A stretch of 63,464 bases of DNA, the filler included, from Cercozoa sp. M6MM (lineage: Eukaryota; Protista; Endomyxa: Ascetosporea): assembly GCA_040357565.1 (NCBI GenBank). It is 8 parts of 8 records of this genome, joined end to end, with 100 filler letters (N's around TTAATTAATTAA, not from the genome) between each part and the next. Parts side by side here need not be neighbours in the genome. Positions count along the whole stretch, not along the records: positions 21,813 to 25,102 come from JBDODJ010001522.1; positions 25,203 to 28,837 come from JBDODJ010001375.1; positions 28,938 to 55,950 come from JBDODJ010000143.1; 5 more parts are not named here. The stretch is one strand, 5' to 3'. The notes under the pieces are model-generated. The model made no database searches and was not told where the DNA came from. It worked only from the letters and a program-made list of their open reading frames with translations. Shown in pieces: positions 25,083 to 37,536 of this stretch; position 1 is the stretch's first letter; each line of letters begins with the position of its first letter. The position numbers were made by a program, and so were the translations under genes.

Positions 25083-25202
25083 TAGGTTTTATCCCCCCCC
25101 CCNNNNNNNNNNNNNNNNNNNNNNNNNNNNNNNNNNNNNNNNNNNNTTAATTAATTAANNNNNNNNNNNNNNNNNNNNNNNNNNNNNNNNNNNNNNNNNN
25201 NN

Positions 25203-26474
25203 CATTGCTCTACAAAGATAGAGTCAAAAGGTAATTTTACTCTTGCTGCTGCACGGATTCGTAGGTAGCGTCGATAGTATCGATGAGCACCGAACCGCAG
25301 TTTTGACTGTCGTCTACATTGTGTGACACGGACAAAGTGAACCCGAGGAAAGGGAAAAGAGGACGCCAAAAAGAGTACCCTCAACGGAAGGCGCGCAGGT
25401 CGCCAAAATTGCACTTTGGACAGAGAGAATGCTGGCAGCGGCACCATCGCCAATTTCATTCGTTGTGTTGGGCCTAACTCCATTCTGCACAAGCTAGTTG
25501 TGAGAGAGTTTGGACACTCACAGTAACACAAAGCACCGCTTCCACGACACAGGCTTGGAAGGCGTAGTCGGCGAAGAACAGCACGGAGTCGGATATGTAG
25601 CCTTCGGTGACACAGGTTCGGCAGAAGCTCTCGCGGAAGCGCAGCCAGCCCGTTACACTGCCCCAAGCACAATCGATGCGTAATTTAAAAAAGGAAGGAA
25701 TGCGTCAGACGTACGGATTAGTGTCGGGGTTGTCGATGTAGAAGAAGTAGTTGTCGAGGCAGTAGCCACTGTACACACAGAATGCAATGGTTCAATTGAT
25801 CCTTTTATTAAAAGAAGTGTCGGCGTACCCGTTTACAGCGTCTTGCATGCACAAACCCTCTTCTAGGGCGGCAGCGTAGCCGTCCGTAGTGCGATACTAC
25901 ACAAGTGAAGCGTCGGGCAGATTATTTGTAGCATAAAGTTGATCGCTGTGCTCACCTGGCACATGGTGCTGGCAACGATGTTGACATCCTCGGCAGATGT
26001 GCAAGTTGAGTTGTGCACATCGTGCAGTTGCTGCTGTGCCTCCTGGCTCGCCATGAATTGCGTCACAACCTCGCTGCGACACGACAGAGGGGTAGGTAAG
26101 GGATGCAAAAAGTGCGCGCAACTAAGGAGGGCCTACTTGCAGGCCTCCCACTCTCCGAACAGCTCGGTGTCGTCACAAATGCGAGTGCGACTTCTACAAA
26201 TAAAAGTACATTGTGCGTGCTGATGCGCGGACCACTGCAGCCGGTGTTGTACCGCCTCTCGTCGTTCGTGTTCAACTCAGCATGCAGAGTGGCGGTGACA
26301 TCGACGCACTCGAGTGCGTGCAGTGCAAGGCCCGACAAGTTCTGCCCAGTCAGAATTCGGTTCATTCTGTGTACATCCCCGGGAAGTGGGGTATCGATAT
26401 AGTACCTCCTGGAAGCACGCCTTATCAGCGAGAACCGCCGCCAAGGGAAGCAGCAACGGCAACGCGAGCTTCAT
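25203..26474 (-). CDS. Secreted Cys-containing hypothetical protein, 3'-truncated
   Basis: Signal peptide MKLALPLLLPLAAVLA; phase-consistent spliced exons (ICDDTELFGEWEAC, STCTSAEDVNIVASTMCQ, GLCMQDAVNGGYCLDNYFFY, FCRTCVTEG, AFQACVVEA). Confidence 0.6.
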
Positions 26475-26879
26475 CCGAACGTATCCAAAACCGGAGTTGA
26501 TGCCACAGTACTGAACTGCACGACTGCAAAGGTAGTGTGTCGGATCAGTGTCAACTTTGACAGCCGTGAGAGATGTCGGTTGGCGTTTTTGGCACTATTC
26601 CTCAAAAATCGGTGACCGTAGTCTGATCGTCACTTGACTTCATGTGCAAGCAAAAGGTACCACACCTTCTCGGCTGCAAAAGGGACCACCCTGGCTGCTG
26701 TGAGCATGCCAGGGCAAACTCTACTGCGCTGATGCCAACTGAACGTTCAGTGGCTGTTTTATTACGTTAACCCAGTTGTGTGTACAACAATGAAACTGAA
26801 CTGAACGGAACCCGAACGGACATCAGTTCGAGTCGAGTATATTCATTGAAGTACTAACGTAATGCAAACGTCATGTCAC

Positions 26880-28275
26880 TTAGGAAAAAGTCGGCACTAA
26901 CGGCACCACACCGACAGCACTAGGACTACGGGTCACGGCAACACATGCCACGTCTTCCCGATCTTCGTCCTCGTGATCCTCGTCCTCGCTGCTGCTGCTG
27001 CTGTTGAAACACAGTGCGTGCGCTGCGTGCTCTCCCTGTGTCACATGGGAGGATAAAGAGGCAGGTTTAAATGGGGTAAAGAGCCCGGTACAGCCGACTC
27101 GCGTCGTCGCAGCGAGAGCGACCGCGACGGCGTCTTGTCCGGCAGCGCGCGCAGTTTCGTCGACGGCGTGCGCGGCGGCAAACGACCAGCGTGCATGCTG
27201 GGAACCTCTACAGAGGGGGAGGGGTAAAAGTAAGGCACAAAGGGGGTAAAGGGGTATCAACCATCACTGTCACTATCGTCGTCGTCACTCATCGGCATTT
27301 GCACACCACTCACTCTACGCTCGGCCTGTCAACATCAGGGATCAAGGGGTAAATAGGGGGGAGGGGTAAATAGGGGTAGGCAGGGGGTAAATAGGGGGAA
27401 GCAGGGGGTAAATAGCGGGTAAGCAGGGGTATAGGCAGGGGGGGGGGGCTAAACAGGGGGGTAAAACCGCAGCCGGGAACAGCGACGACAAGGCCTGCAC
27501 CGGCAGTGTCCGACTCCGCTGGCGTCGATGTCCAGTCTTGCCGGCAGTGAGTCCACTTGGACGTACACTTGTACCAGTACCTGTACCGGTACTTGTCCCG
27601 ACCACCTGGCCCACCGGGTGCTCGCTGCGCGTGCGCATGTGCGTGTGAGTCCGTCTGCGCGGCAGCGCCGATCGACGCCTACCCACCGGCATCTGGGGGG
27701 GGGGGGGGGAAATGGGGGGAAAAGGGGGGTGTAATGGGGGGAATGAGGGGGTGGGGGGGGGATGGGGGTCANNNNNNNNNNNNNNNNNNNNNNNNNNNNN
27801 NNNNNNNNNNNNNNNNNNNNNNNNNNNNNNNNNNNNNNNNNNNNNNNNNNNNNNNNNNNNNNNNNNNNNNNGGGGAATAAAATGGGGGTAATGAGGGGGG
27901 TACAGAGGGGGTATAATGGGGAATAAAAGGGGGCAAAAGGGGTATAATGGGGGGGGTAAACAGGAGTAAACAGGGGGGTAAAAGCGGAGCAACCTCAGGC
28001 AGCACCGAGTGAATGTCGTTGGCACTGACAGAGCGCGGCGTCTCCCGGGTCAGAAAGGCCGCCGTCCACGCGGACTCCTCCTCCTCGCCCTGCCACTGCG
28101 ACGATGACGACAGCGACAACGGCGCGCTGATCTTCATCGCGCCGCCGGCCACTTGGCCTGGGGGGAGGGTAAAGTAAACAGGGGGGTAAACAGGGGGTAA
28201 ACAGGGGGGTAAACAGGGGGGCAAACAGCAAATGAAACCTTGCTGCTGCTGCTTGCGGAACAATTTAGACATCAT
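26880..28275 (-). CDS. Low-complexity Ser/Thr/acidic hypothetical protein, multi-exon
   Basis: GC-rich exon blocks alternate with C-run introns; N gap at 27772-27871; boundaries approximate. Confidence 0.4.
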
Positions 28276-28460
28276 GCGGCCCAACTTCTGCCACACACAC
28301 ACACAGAATACACCAACCGCAGCCTTAACCAAAAACAACAGCGACACAAAGAGAAACGACTACCAAAGCCGGCGACAACTCGGTTCTTATTGACTGCACA
28401 GCAACGAAAACAAAAGCTTGTTTTTTGTATTTTTCACTTACGCGCGGAGGCAGGAAAAAT

Positions 28461-28816
28461 TGATCTCTACTCTGTGTTGAGCGAAACGACGCCGTTCGCG
28501 CCGTCGCTTTTGAACGATTCGTTTAAGTCTGCGATGGGGAGGGGTACAAATGGACACACACAATACAGACGGAAAGGTGCTTAAGGGGGAGAGGGGTGGG
28601 GCAATTAAGGGAGTGCACCGGCGTCGCTGCAGCTGGAAGCGCCGGTCCTCCTCCACTGGCGGTTCGCCGAGCTGCGCGTATATGTGCATCCGCGCGGAAG
28701 TAAGGGTCACAGGGGGAGAGCTCACACATACAAATACAAGAAAACAAACACACCTCGGTCTCGGCGTCGCTATGTTCGGTCGCCATCGTGGTGTCTGTCG
28801 TGTCATTGTCGCATTC
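28461..28816 (-). CDS. 3' fragment of a hypothetical gene
   Basis: Short exons ending DLNESFKSDGANGVVSLNTE*, separated by GT-AG introns. Confidence 0.3.
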
Positions 28817-28940
28817 CTGGGGGTGGGGGGGGGGGGTNNNNNNNNNNNNNNNNNNNNNNNNNNNNNNNNNNNNNNNNNNNNTTAATTAATTAANNNNNNN
28901 NNNNNNNNNNNNNNNNNNNNNNNNNNNNNNNNNNNNNAAA

Positions 28941-31900
28941 CTACAGCGACGGCGTGCCAGTGCTGCTCTGTAACAGCGTGGTCGACTGCTTGAGATGCAG
29001 CTCCGCGTGGTCCAACACGAAGTTCACCGTGGCATTGGCGTCGCCTTTCGTGCTACCGGGGGGTAGAGAGGGGGTAAAGGTATGGTGGGGGGAAGGGTAA
29101 GAGTGTAACCGGATCAAGGAGTCGCGCAGGTCCTGCTCGGCCACATGGATGCCCCAGGAGGCCAGCGTGCCATGTGCTGTAGCCAGTGCCTCGTCGTACA
29201 CAAAGTCGCCGGCGTGGGCCAGAGGGGTCGGACCGTCCAGAAGACCGGACATGTCGATGCCCATGCGGGCGTACCGAGCGAGGTCCTGCTGCAGCAGCGT
29301 CTGCTCCACGTGCTGCCGCCGCGACGCTAGCAGCTTATCGTACTCCGAGTCCTGGGGGAAGAGGGTAGGGGTAAAGGGTAGGGGTAAAGGGAGTGGGGTG
29401 GAGGGGGTGGTAAAACCTCAGTGGTCTTGACGCGGTCGACAACGACTTCTTTCGTTCGCTGGTGCTGCTCCTGCTTCTTCTCGATTTCGGCGGCCTTCTG
29501 CTGCAGCGCCTGGTCCTGTCGGGGGGGNNNNNNNNNNNNNNNNNNNNNNNNNNNNNNNNNNNNNNNNNNNNNNNNNNNNNNNNNNNNNNNNNNNNNNNNN
29601 NNNNNNNNNNNNNNNNNNNNNNNNNNNATCTATATACCTCTATGCGTCTGTCTGTGGCCGCGCAGTCCCCCCCCCCCCCCCCGGGGGGGGGGCGGCGGGT
29701 AAAGGGGTATTAAGGGGGGAGTCGGGGGCACACCTTAAGCAAGTTCTGCTGCACGCGCTGCTGCAGGCGCTTGGCCTTTTTCTTCTCCGCCTGTCGCTTG
29801 TGCTGCTCGGCGCGGCGTTGCTTGGCTTCCTTCTCCTGACGCTGGTACTGCGCTTCCACATACATACTCATAGAGGTATATAGATCATATACAGATATAT
29901 ATAGATACATACATACATACATACATACATGCATACCTACATACATACATGCATACACATACATACATACAGACATACATACACACATACATACATACAT
30001 ACATATATAGATATATAGATATATAGATACATACATACGTACATACATACATACATACTACATACATACATACATACTACATACATACATGCATACATAC
30101 ATACATACATACATTACATCTAAATACGTGGGTACCTGGTTGGTAACCAGACGCATAAGCTCGCGCGCCTTGGCATTGTCGAGGTCCGGGTGTTTCTGTG
30201 AGCCTGCCGTCGTGCCCTCGCCTGCGCCAATTGAGTCTCTAACCCACTCTTACCCCTGGTCACCCCTTATACCCCCCTGTTGACCCCCCCCCCCCCCCGT
30301 GTGTAAGCACCAATGGCGGAGTAGGCGCCGAGACCGAGCGGATTTCGGAAGCGCGCGCGGAATTGGTACGTCATGCCGCGCTGCAGTTCTGCGACACAGC
30401 AGAGTTATACCCCCCACTTCCTACATTACCCCCTCCCCGTACCATGCAGTTCGATAGTGTCGAAGTTGTCGCCTTGGTACACGTTCCTCCAGTTCATTGC
30501 CGGCTACATGGCGAGGGAGTAGGAGGTAGGGATAGAAGGTAAGGGTAGCAGGTGAGGTAGGGTAGGGGGGGGGGTAAAGAGTACGCCATCGGGAGTGAGC
30601 GGCGCGAAGCGGCACTGCAGTTCAAGTTGCTCCAACAGAGTGCCCTCGTCCTTCTTGTGCATCTGCACCGCCACACGCAACTTGTGCCGGTCCTTTCGGT
30701 TCTTCTTCTTCTCCTGCGGGGGAGGAGTAAAGGAGATACGGATAGAGGGTAGGGTGGGGTAAGGGTAGAGGGCTTATAAGGGTAGGGGATAAGGTAGGGG
30801 CAAGACACACCTGGTCCAGAGTGAAGACGTTCTCGACAACAGGCGCAGCAGGTGCATACGGAACTAACTGACTGCGTTGCTCATGGTCGTCCTTCGTGGT
30901 CACAGTCTTGACCTACAGGAGAAATGGAGGTGGATGGGTGGTGGTAAACAGGGAAGGGTTAAGGGGATAGCGGGTAAATAGACACACCTTGCGCATGTCG
31001 CGCACCTGTCGCTGCGCCTTTCTGCGCGGTCGTCGCTGTTACAACAAGTAGGATAAAAGGTAATGGGGGGGGGGGGTAACGTGGGAGTTCTACACGCAAA
31101 TTCTGTCCGTGCCTCATGTGTTCCGGAGACGCGAAGTTCGGCGGCATTTGTCCACCCGGCATACCGGGCATATCAGGCATACCGGGCATACCAGGCATAC
31201 CGGGCATACCAGGCATACCGGGCATACCGGGCATACCAGGCATGCCGTGCATACCGGCCATGTCCTCCAGGTTCGGCATGTCGTCCTTTGACATGCCTTC
31301 AAACGGATTCAAGGCATCGCTGCCGTCATTCTACGCATACGGGGGAGGTAAAGGGGAGGGTGAGAGAGCAAAGGGGGAGGGTAAGGGAGCAAAGGGCAGG
31401 GTAAAGGAGCAAGGGGGTAGGGGGTAAAAGGCACCATGTGTGACGTGTCAAATTCGGCATCCACCGCCGGTGATTGCGGCTGCATTTGACATCAACGACA
31501 GGGTAAAGGGGCAGGGGTGGAGGGAGGTAAGCAGGGACACCTCCATCAGCATGGCATCTTCGGTAGCGTCGCCACCGTCGAATTCGTCATACTTTAGGTC
31601 ATCATTGAGGAAGTCTGGGGGAGGGGTAACAGGAGTATATGGGGTAAGAGGGGGGGGGGGGGTAAAGCAGCCGACAATTACCGTCGTCGTTGTTGTTGAG
31701 ATTGATGAAGTCGCCAAAGTCCTCGTTGAAGACCGAGTCCATGTCGTCGACAGGCGCATGCTTGTCCTTCTTCTTCTTTTTCTTCTTTTTCTTCTTGTCC
31801 TTCTTGTCCTTCTTGTCCTTTTTCTTCTTCTTCTTCTTCTTCTTGCCGCTGTCTTCTGCGTCAACGCACACGTGCAAGTACAGTCAGACCGACAACAGAC

Positions 31901-32393
31901 CAAGACAGACACACACCTTCTGCTTCGACGTCGTCGTTCTCGTCGAGTGCGTCGAGTGCGTCGAATGCGTCGAGTTCGGCACCGAAAAAATCCTCTTCCA
32001 CCAGGTCGGGTTCCTCGCTCTCCTCCGTCTTCTTCTTCTTCTTCTTCTTGTCCTTCTTGTCCTTCTTTTTCTTTTTCTTCTTCTGCCCAACCAAACAGAG
32101 GCATGTAGACAACACAGGTCAAAGCAACGTCAGCGCGCACCTCGGTCATGTCCTCGTCGAGACCATAGTCATCCAGCAGGTCGTCGAACTCGTCCAGGTC
32201 CGCGTCCTTCTTCTTCTTCTTCTTCTTGTCCTTCTCTGCACACACACACACCAACTTAGTTCAAAAAGACACAACTCCCACAGAAACTGAAGCCACCTTT
32301 CTTTTCCTTCTTCTTCTTCTTCTTTCTGTCGTCGACCGATGCGTCAAACGAGATCTCGTCTAGGTCGAGGCCAAGGTCGTCACCAAGCTCCAT
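28941..32393 (-). CDS. Multi-exon protein: Lys/Asp-rich N-terminus, (MPG)n repeat, fibronectin type III domain, coiled coil, C-terminal UBA-like helix bundle
   Basis: Start MELGDDLGLDLDEISF; FN3 motifs WRNVYQG and ELQRGMTYQFRARFRNPLGLGAYS; charged coiled coil; LASWGIHV...LRDSLIR..STKGDANATVNFVLDH near the end. Confidence 0.6.
29888..30117. repeat. Intronic (CATA)n microsatellite
   Basis: Directly visible. Confidence 0.9.
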
Positions 32394-32790
32394 TTTTAAT
32401 GTGTTTTGATCTGGCAGCCAGCGGGCACGCTACGGCAATTCAGAACCAAACAAGGCTCGTTTGCAGCACAAATAAGTGTCTGGACCTCGCTACCGAGATT
32501 GATTTAGCTCGCCTGGAGTTTTTTATTTTGTGGCCCGCTCGGAATCAAGCGACGGACGGGCCGCCGAAAGCAGCTTGCATCTGCGTCGCATCCGCACCTC
32601 TGGACTGCTGACCGGTTGGAGCACTCGGCGCTCTGGACAGATAAGCGATCGGAATGTGTGTGTTTAATTCACTTCGCATACTCGGGCTGACTGTCGTCAG
32701 ACCGAGCTTGGACTCAGTTCAGCTGCCTCCGAACAGAAACACTGACAGTAAACAAAGCGGCGACTAGTCGCTGACGCAGAGATCAAGCGA

Positions 32791-35700
32791 TCAACAGTAG
32801 CGACGCAGCACACGCACCATGTCGACGACGATAACATTGCCTGTCCATCCATGTTCCAGTCACCGCAACATAGGACTGCAGAGGGACAGGGACACAGGCT
32901 ACCGGACGAGGAGGCAGTGACGATATGCGTCAGGTGTGGCAGCGCACGCAGAAGCGCAACGAGCGACTCGGCTTTCACCAGCCGCTCGACGCCTGGGGGT
33001 AAGGGTAGGGTAAAGGGAAGGGGGTAAGGAATAAAAGGGGAGGGCATAAGGGCAGGGAGGGGAGGGGGTAAGATTGCTACCCCTCTCCCGGACACGCACG
33101 GCGAACATGGCCGACGAAGTCGGTGACGAGCGGAAGTTTGGGTCAACCAGAGTGCTGCCTCGTGCCACCGAGATCACCAGTGAGCCGGGCTCGGTGCCAC
33201 TCACGCGCACCACGAAGGGACAGCCTGCAGTTATACCCCCTCTGTACTCCCCCTCTTCACCCCCTCCCAGTGGACCGGTACCGTAGTGCAGCCGCGTCTG
33301 CGTGAGCCAGTGCGCGGCGCGGTGTCTGGTGACGCAGCCGGCGATAAGAGCGGCGCCGGCGCCATCGCTCGTGGTGCCACTCAGCAAGGCGCCGCACCGG
33401 TGCAGGGCCTGGGAGTAAGATGGGGTATGGGGAAAGAGGGGCAAGAGGGGTGAAGAGGAGGGTAAGAATGCTCACCTGCAGAGTGGGCCCAATGAAGGCG
33501 TCGTAGGCCTGCCGCAATGTGTCCGCACTTATGTCTTTCAAGTGCTATGGGGGGGGGGTAGAAACCAAAGGGCCGGGGGGGGGGGAGGGTAAAAGGGGAT
33601 AAGAGGCGTATACCGGCTGCCAGAACTCGCGGTGGCAGGCAGTGACACTGCGTCCGACGCGTCGCATGAGGTCGTCAATAGCGCCTTGCACCGACTCCGG
33701 TGTCACTTCGCCTGGACATCGGGGTAAAGGGGTCAGGAGATAACGGGGGGGGGGGGGGTAAACCCACCAGCAATGAGGCGCGCGAAATCATCAAAGTGCC
33801 GCGGCCACCTGGGTCCCTGTGTCACCATACAATGTACACATATGTATGTATACATAATATATTATATGTGTATATATACAGAGGCACCTCCTCGCTGTTG
33901 CTGTTGGCAGAAGCATTTGACTCTGACGGCAGGCGAGTCTTCTGACAAGGGGAAGGGCATAATGCAGACATACGCATATACACGTACACACACATCTATA
34001 TCTACATAAATACACTATATACATGTGTAGACATATATATATATATATATATACATCGGTATATAACTATGTGTAGGAAGAGGGTACAGGAAGCAAGTCG
34101 CCCAGCACGGTGCGCAACAACGGGTCGCCACTTTGCTCGATCGCATCGAACTTGTGCTGGCCTACACAGACAGGGGGGAGGGGGGGTAAAGAAGCGAAAG
34201 GGGGAGGGGTAAAGGTGGGTGAAGGGGTAGAGTACGAAGCAGACGAGCAGCGCGCAGCAGCAGCGCCGGACGACCGCCGAGCTTTTGCAAAGTTCTCTGC
34301 GGGGGAGGGGTAAAGAGGGAGGGTAAAGAGGGGGCAAGGAATGCACCGAGAAAGCAATGGTCGTGAGAACGTCGCCATCGCCGCCACTAGGCGCGTGCGG
34401 CAGCTCGTCGAGCGACAGCGTGCGCGGCGCCTGTGGAACCAAGCATACATACATATCAACCAACCATACAAACCAGTGAATCCAGACACATGCTTGTCCA
34501 GTAGTGGAAAAGGCAGGAGGAAAAGGCAGGCCTCAAAACAAAAAGACGCCAAAAAGAGTGTGCCTCGGCGTCGGACACCGTCGCACGTTACCACCGAGTG
34601 GTCATGGCAACGACAGCTTCCTTAATACCGGGGGAGTGCGTTTGACGGCACATGCCTCTCGCTTTTAGAGGGGCCTTGGCGATGCACACAGTCATCAAGA
34701 GAAACAGGTGATCGTGACAAGCCCAAGCTTATCGACAAGAATCACACTGGTTTTGAGGATCAAAATCAACTCCAAGGTCTCGGCAACAAAAAATCACGTC
34801 ATGGGCCAGCACAAATTGAGCAGCTTATTTCAAGCGTAAAGAGCACTTATGCGCACCCCAGTGCATCCTCAACACTAAAGGTCTGGGGGAGGAAGCAAAG
34901 ACAAGATTACGCATTTGATGAAGAGTCGTGCCGCCTCCCTGGGTGGCAAGCGCGGCACTGTGACGGCAAACACGGCCTCCTCGCCTGTTTGAATCCAGCA
35001 TATACACACGGGTATAGTATGCGTATTCGAAAAGAAGGGCACCAGTCGAGGCTACACATTGCTCGGTGAGCGGCGCAGTCAGCAGCACGCGCCAGTACGG
35101 CACGCGGCGCAGCAGTTCCGACACAAAGCTCCAGACGTCCTCGCTCCTGTTCAAGAACAGAGCTGCCTCGACAGGGAGGAAGGGAGCAAGGGAGCAAGGA
35201 AGGAAGGGAGGAAGGGAGGAAGGAAGGAAGGGAGGCCTGACAGAGTGAGTACAAGTCGTGGGCGTGAGGCAGGTCCAGCACCAGCCAGACGCGCTGCGCT
35301 CTGACGTCGTCGAAGAAGTCGCTGCTCGTTCTCGGTGCAGCTACGATACCCCAAGAATTGAGGGTCAGTCAGGATGGAGGGTCAGGAGGGAGGGTCAGGA
35401 GGGAAGGTGCGTACCGTGACCGCGCGTGGCAGCGGCGCGGTGCATCTCGGCCTGCACGAGGCGCGTCAGCGAGCTGAGCCGCTGCTTGAGCTGCTGCGCG
35501 TGCGCGGCCACGTTGACCACGTAGAGGCCTGTATATGCACATGTATATAGATCTACATAGGCATATATATAAATATAAATGTATATACGTATAAATCAGC
35601 ATGTCTAGACACAGAATGTATCTATATAATAAAATTATATAGATATATAGCTATAGAGAGCATGTCTAGACACAGAATGTATCTATATAATAAAAATTAT

Positions 35701-37435
35701 AGATATATAGCTATAGAGACCTAGACATTTATTTATTAATAAATGTATATCCGGTACCATCCAGACGCTCCCGTTGCAGAGCATAGTGCGCCACAGCAGT
35801 CGCGAGCGCCGATTTTCCGACGCCGCGCACGCCCATCAAGGCCACACAGCTGCACACCACCGTGTTCTCGTTTCCTCCTCTCCCCTATACAGGAGAACGA
35901 TACCGGTGTTGCCGCATGGCTACAAATACTCTCTGCGTGTCGACCTGCCTGCCTCTGCAGGGGTACAGTGAGCGTAGGTTAGGGTAGGTTAGGGTAGGTT
36001 AGGGTAGGGTAGGGTAGGGTAGGGCAGGGTAGGGTAGGGCAGGGTAGNNNNNNNNNNAGGGTAGGGTAGGGTAGGGTAGGGCAGGGTAGGGTAGGGCAGG
36101 GTAGAGTAGGGTAGGCATGGGGTACACAAAGTGTTCCGGCAGCGGCGGCAGCTGCGAGAGCGGCGGCGGCGGCGACAGGTCCTGCCACCGCGAGTCCACC
36201 GGCAAGTCGGCGAACACGGCATTGTCATGCGCTGCGTGCTTGGGCAGCAACAGGAATTTGTTCTTCTCGCGCGCCACGGCATCGCGATCGCTCGCAGCTA
36301 TTAAGGAAGGGGATCAAGGGAAGGTAGAGAGTAGGGGGGGTACCCACAGCAGCGACGGCAATGTCAAAGGAGGCACGTACAGAGTGACCAACCAACAAGG
36401 CCAGGTAGAACTGCGTAGCAAACCTCTGCACAAGGGGGTGTAGTGTATAAAAAGAGAGAAAATGCACACATGGACCAAAGACTACCCTAGCAGCGACATC
36501 ACTAACTCGCTGATCGCGTCTCACTGCGACGACATGTGGCACGCCTGCCGACACCAGTGCCTGCGCAGCAGCCTCCGAGTGGCACGACGACACAAAGGCG
36601 AACTGCAGGCCACCGCCGCCTTGTGCCGCTCCTGCACGGAGGGGTAAGATGGGGAGGAGGTAAGATGTAAGAGGGGACAACAGTACCTGCAGCAAGAAGT
36701 TGAGCCAACGTGCGCGTATGCAGCGCGTGCAACCTGCCGTCGTCGTCCTCGAGAGCCAAGGCACCGCTTCCCTGGACATGGGTGTATGCATATGGATACC
36801 AAGGGCAGCGAGGAATTCAACTCACCTGCAGACCGTGTCCACTGTAGTGGAGTGCACGACAACCCAGTGTCATCAGCGTGCGCAACTGCCGACTCGTGCC
36901 AACAGCGGCATGCATCGTCTGTGTATGCGTATACCCACATGAGACCAGCACGAGACCAACAGAGGTGCGGGTAGATAGAAGGACCCACCACAGCGCGGTT
37001 GGAAGCAGCCAGAATCTCGTGCAGCTGTGCGAGTTCGGCGGCGACATCTATGCGCGGCACTGGCTCTACCTTGCCGCTGGCCTTCATGTGCACCTGCAAA
37101 GAGCACACTAGTCCTCGCACCTCAATGTGCCTCCATCAGACAGCACAAGCACGGCTCTACCAGCGGTGCTGCCACCACATAGGCCAGATGGAACGCGTGC
37201 GTCACTGTAGATTGTGTCGACAACTGGGCTCGCAGCTCCGGTACACTGCGTGCCAATAGAGGAAATACAGACCACCCAACCCCACATTCTAAGAAGGATC
37301 ACCCATGGTCGGCATAAATCTCGTCTTCCCCGGGATTCAATGGTGGCAGGTCATCCATTACAGTAGTAGCACACACGTGCACAGCACTACATTTTCAAAT
37401 CGCCTGCCATCACGATTTTTCCGAATCTCGTCCAT
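32791..37435 (-). CDS. CHAT (caspase-like) protease - STAND/NB-ARC-like NTPase - STAT-type SH2 fusion protein; about 20 exons; start codon uncertain
   Basis: CHAT: GCRALHYSGHG (about 36836), LALED, AFVSSCHSE (about 36583), FATQFYLAL. NTPase: FVGRQ, GVRGVGKSALA (about 35820), VWLVLD, RVLLT, LPPREAARLF, LGGRPALL. SH2: LIAGCVTR..AAHWL, FVVRVSGTEPGSLVISV (about 33200), SLVALLRALPHLTHI. Confidence 0.8.
34535..34785 (-). ncRNA. Candidate structured RNA of unknown family inside the 480-nt intron 34431-34910
   Basis: Several stems that need G-U pairs on the minus strand, followed by T5 runs; no known snRNA/snoRNA/SRP/RNase P motif recognised. Confidence 0.3.
35598..35718. repeat. Intronic tandem duplication of about 60 bp (agcatgtctagacacagaatgtatc...)
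   Basis: Two near-identical adjacent copies. Confidence 0.85.
35975..36116. repeat. Intronic (TAGGG/CAGGG)n pentamer array
   Basis: Directly visible; contains a 10-N gap. Confidence 0.9.
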
Positions 37436-37536
37436 TTGGACCGGTGGAGTGCTGACAGAATTCCTGGGGAAAAAAAGCGAACGGTGCGGAAGCCGCCAAC
37501 CAGCAAACTGAGCATCACAGCTCGAAGAAAATCTTT

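Noticed and set aside
35975-36116. (TAGGG)n/TTAGGG as a telomere
   Set aside because: It lies inside a GT-AG intron whose flanking exons join in frame (EHFV|GRQ).
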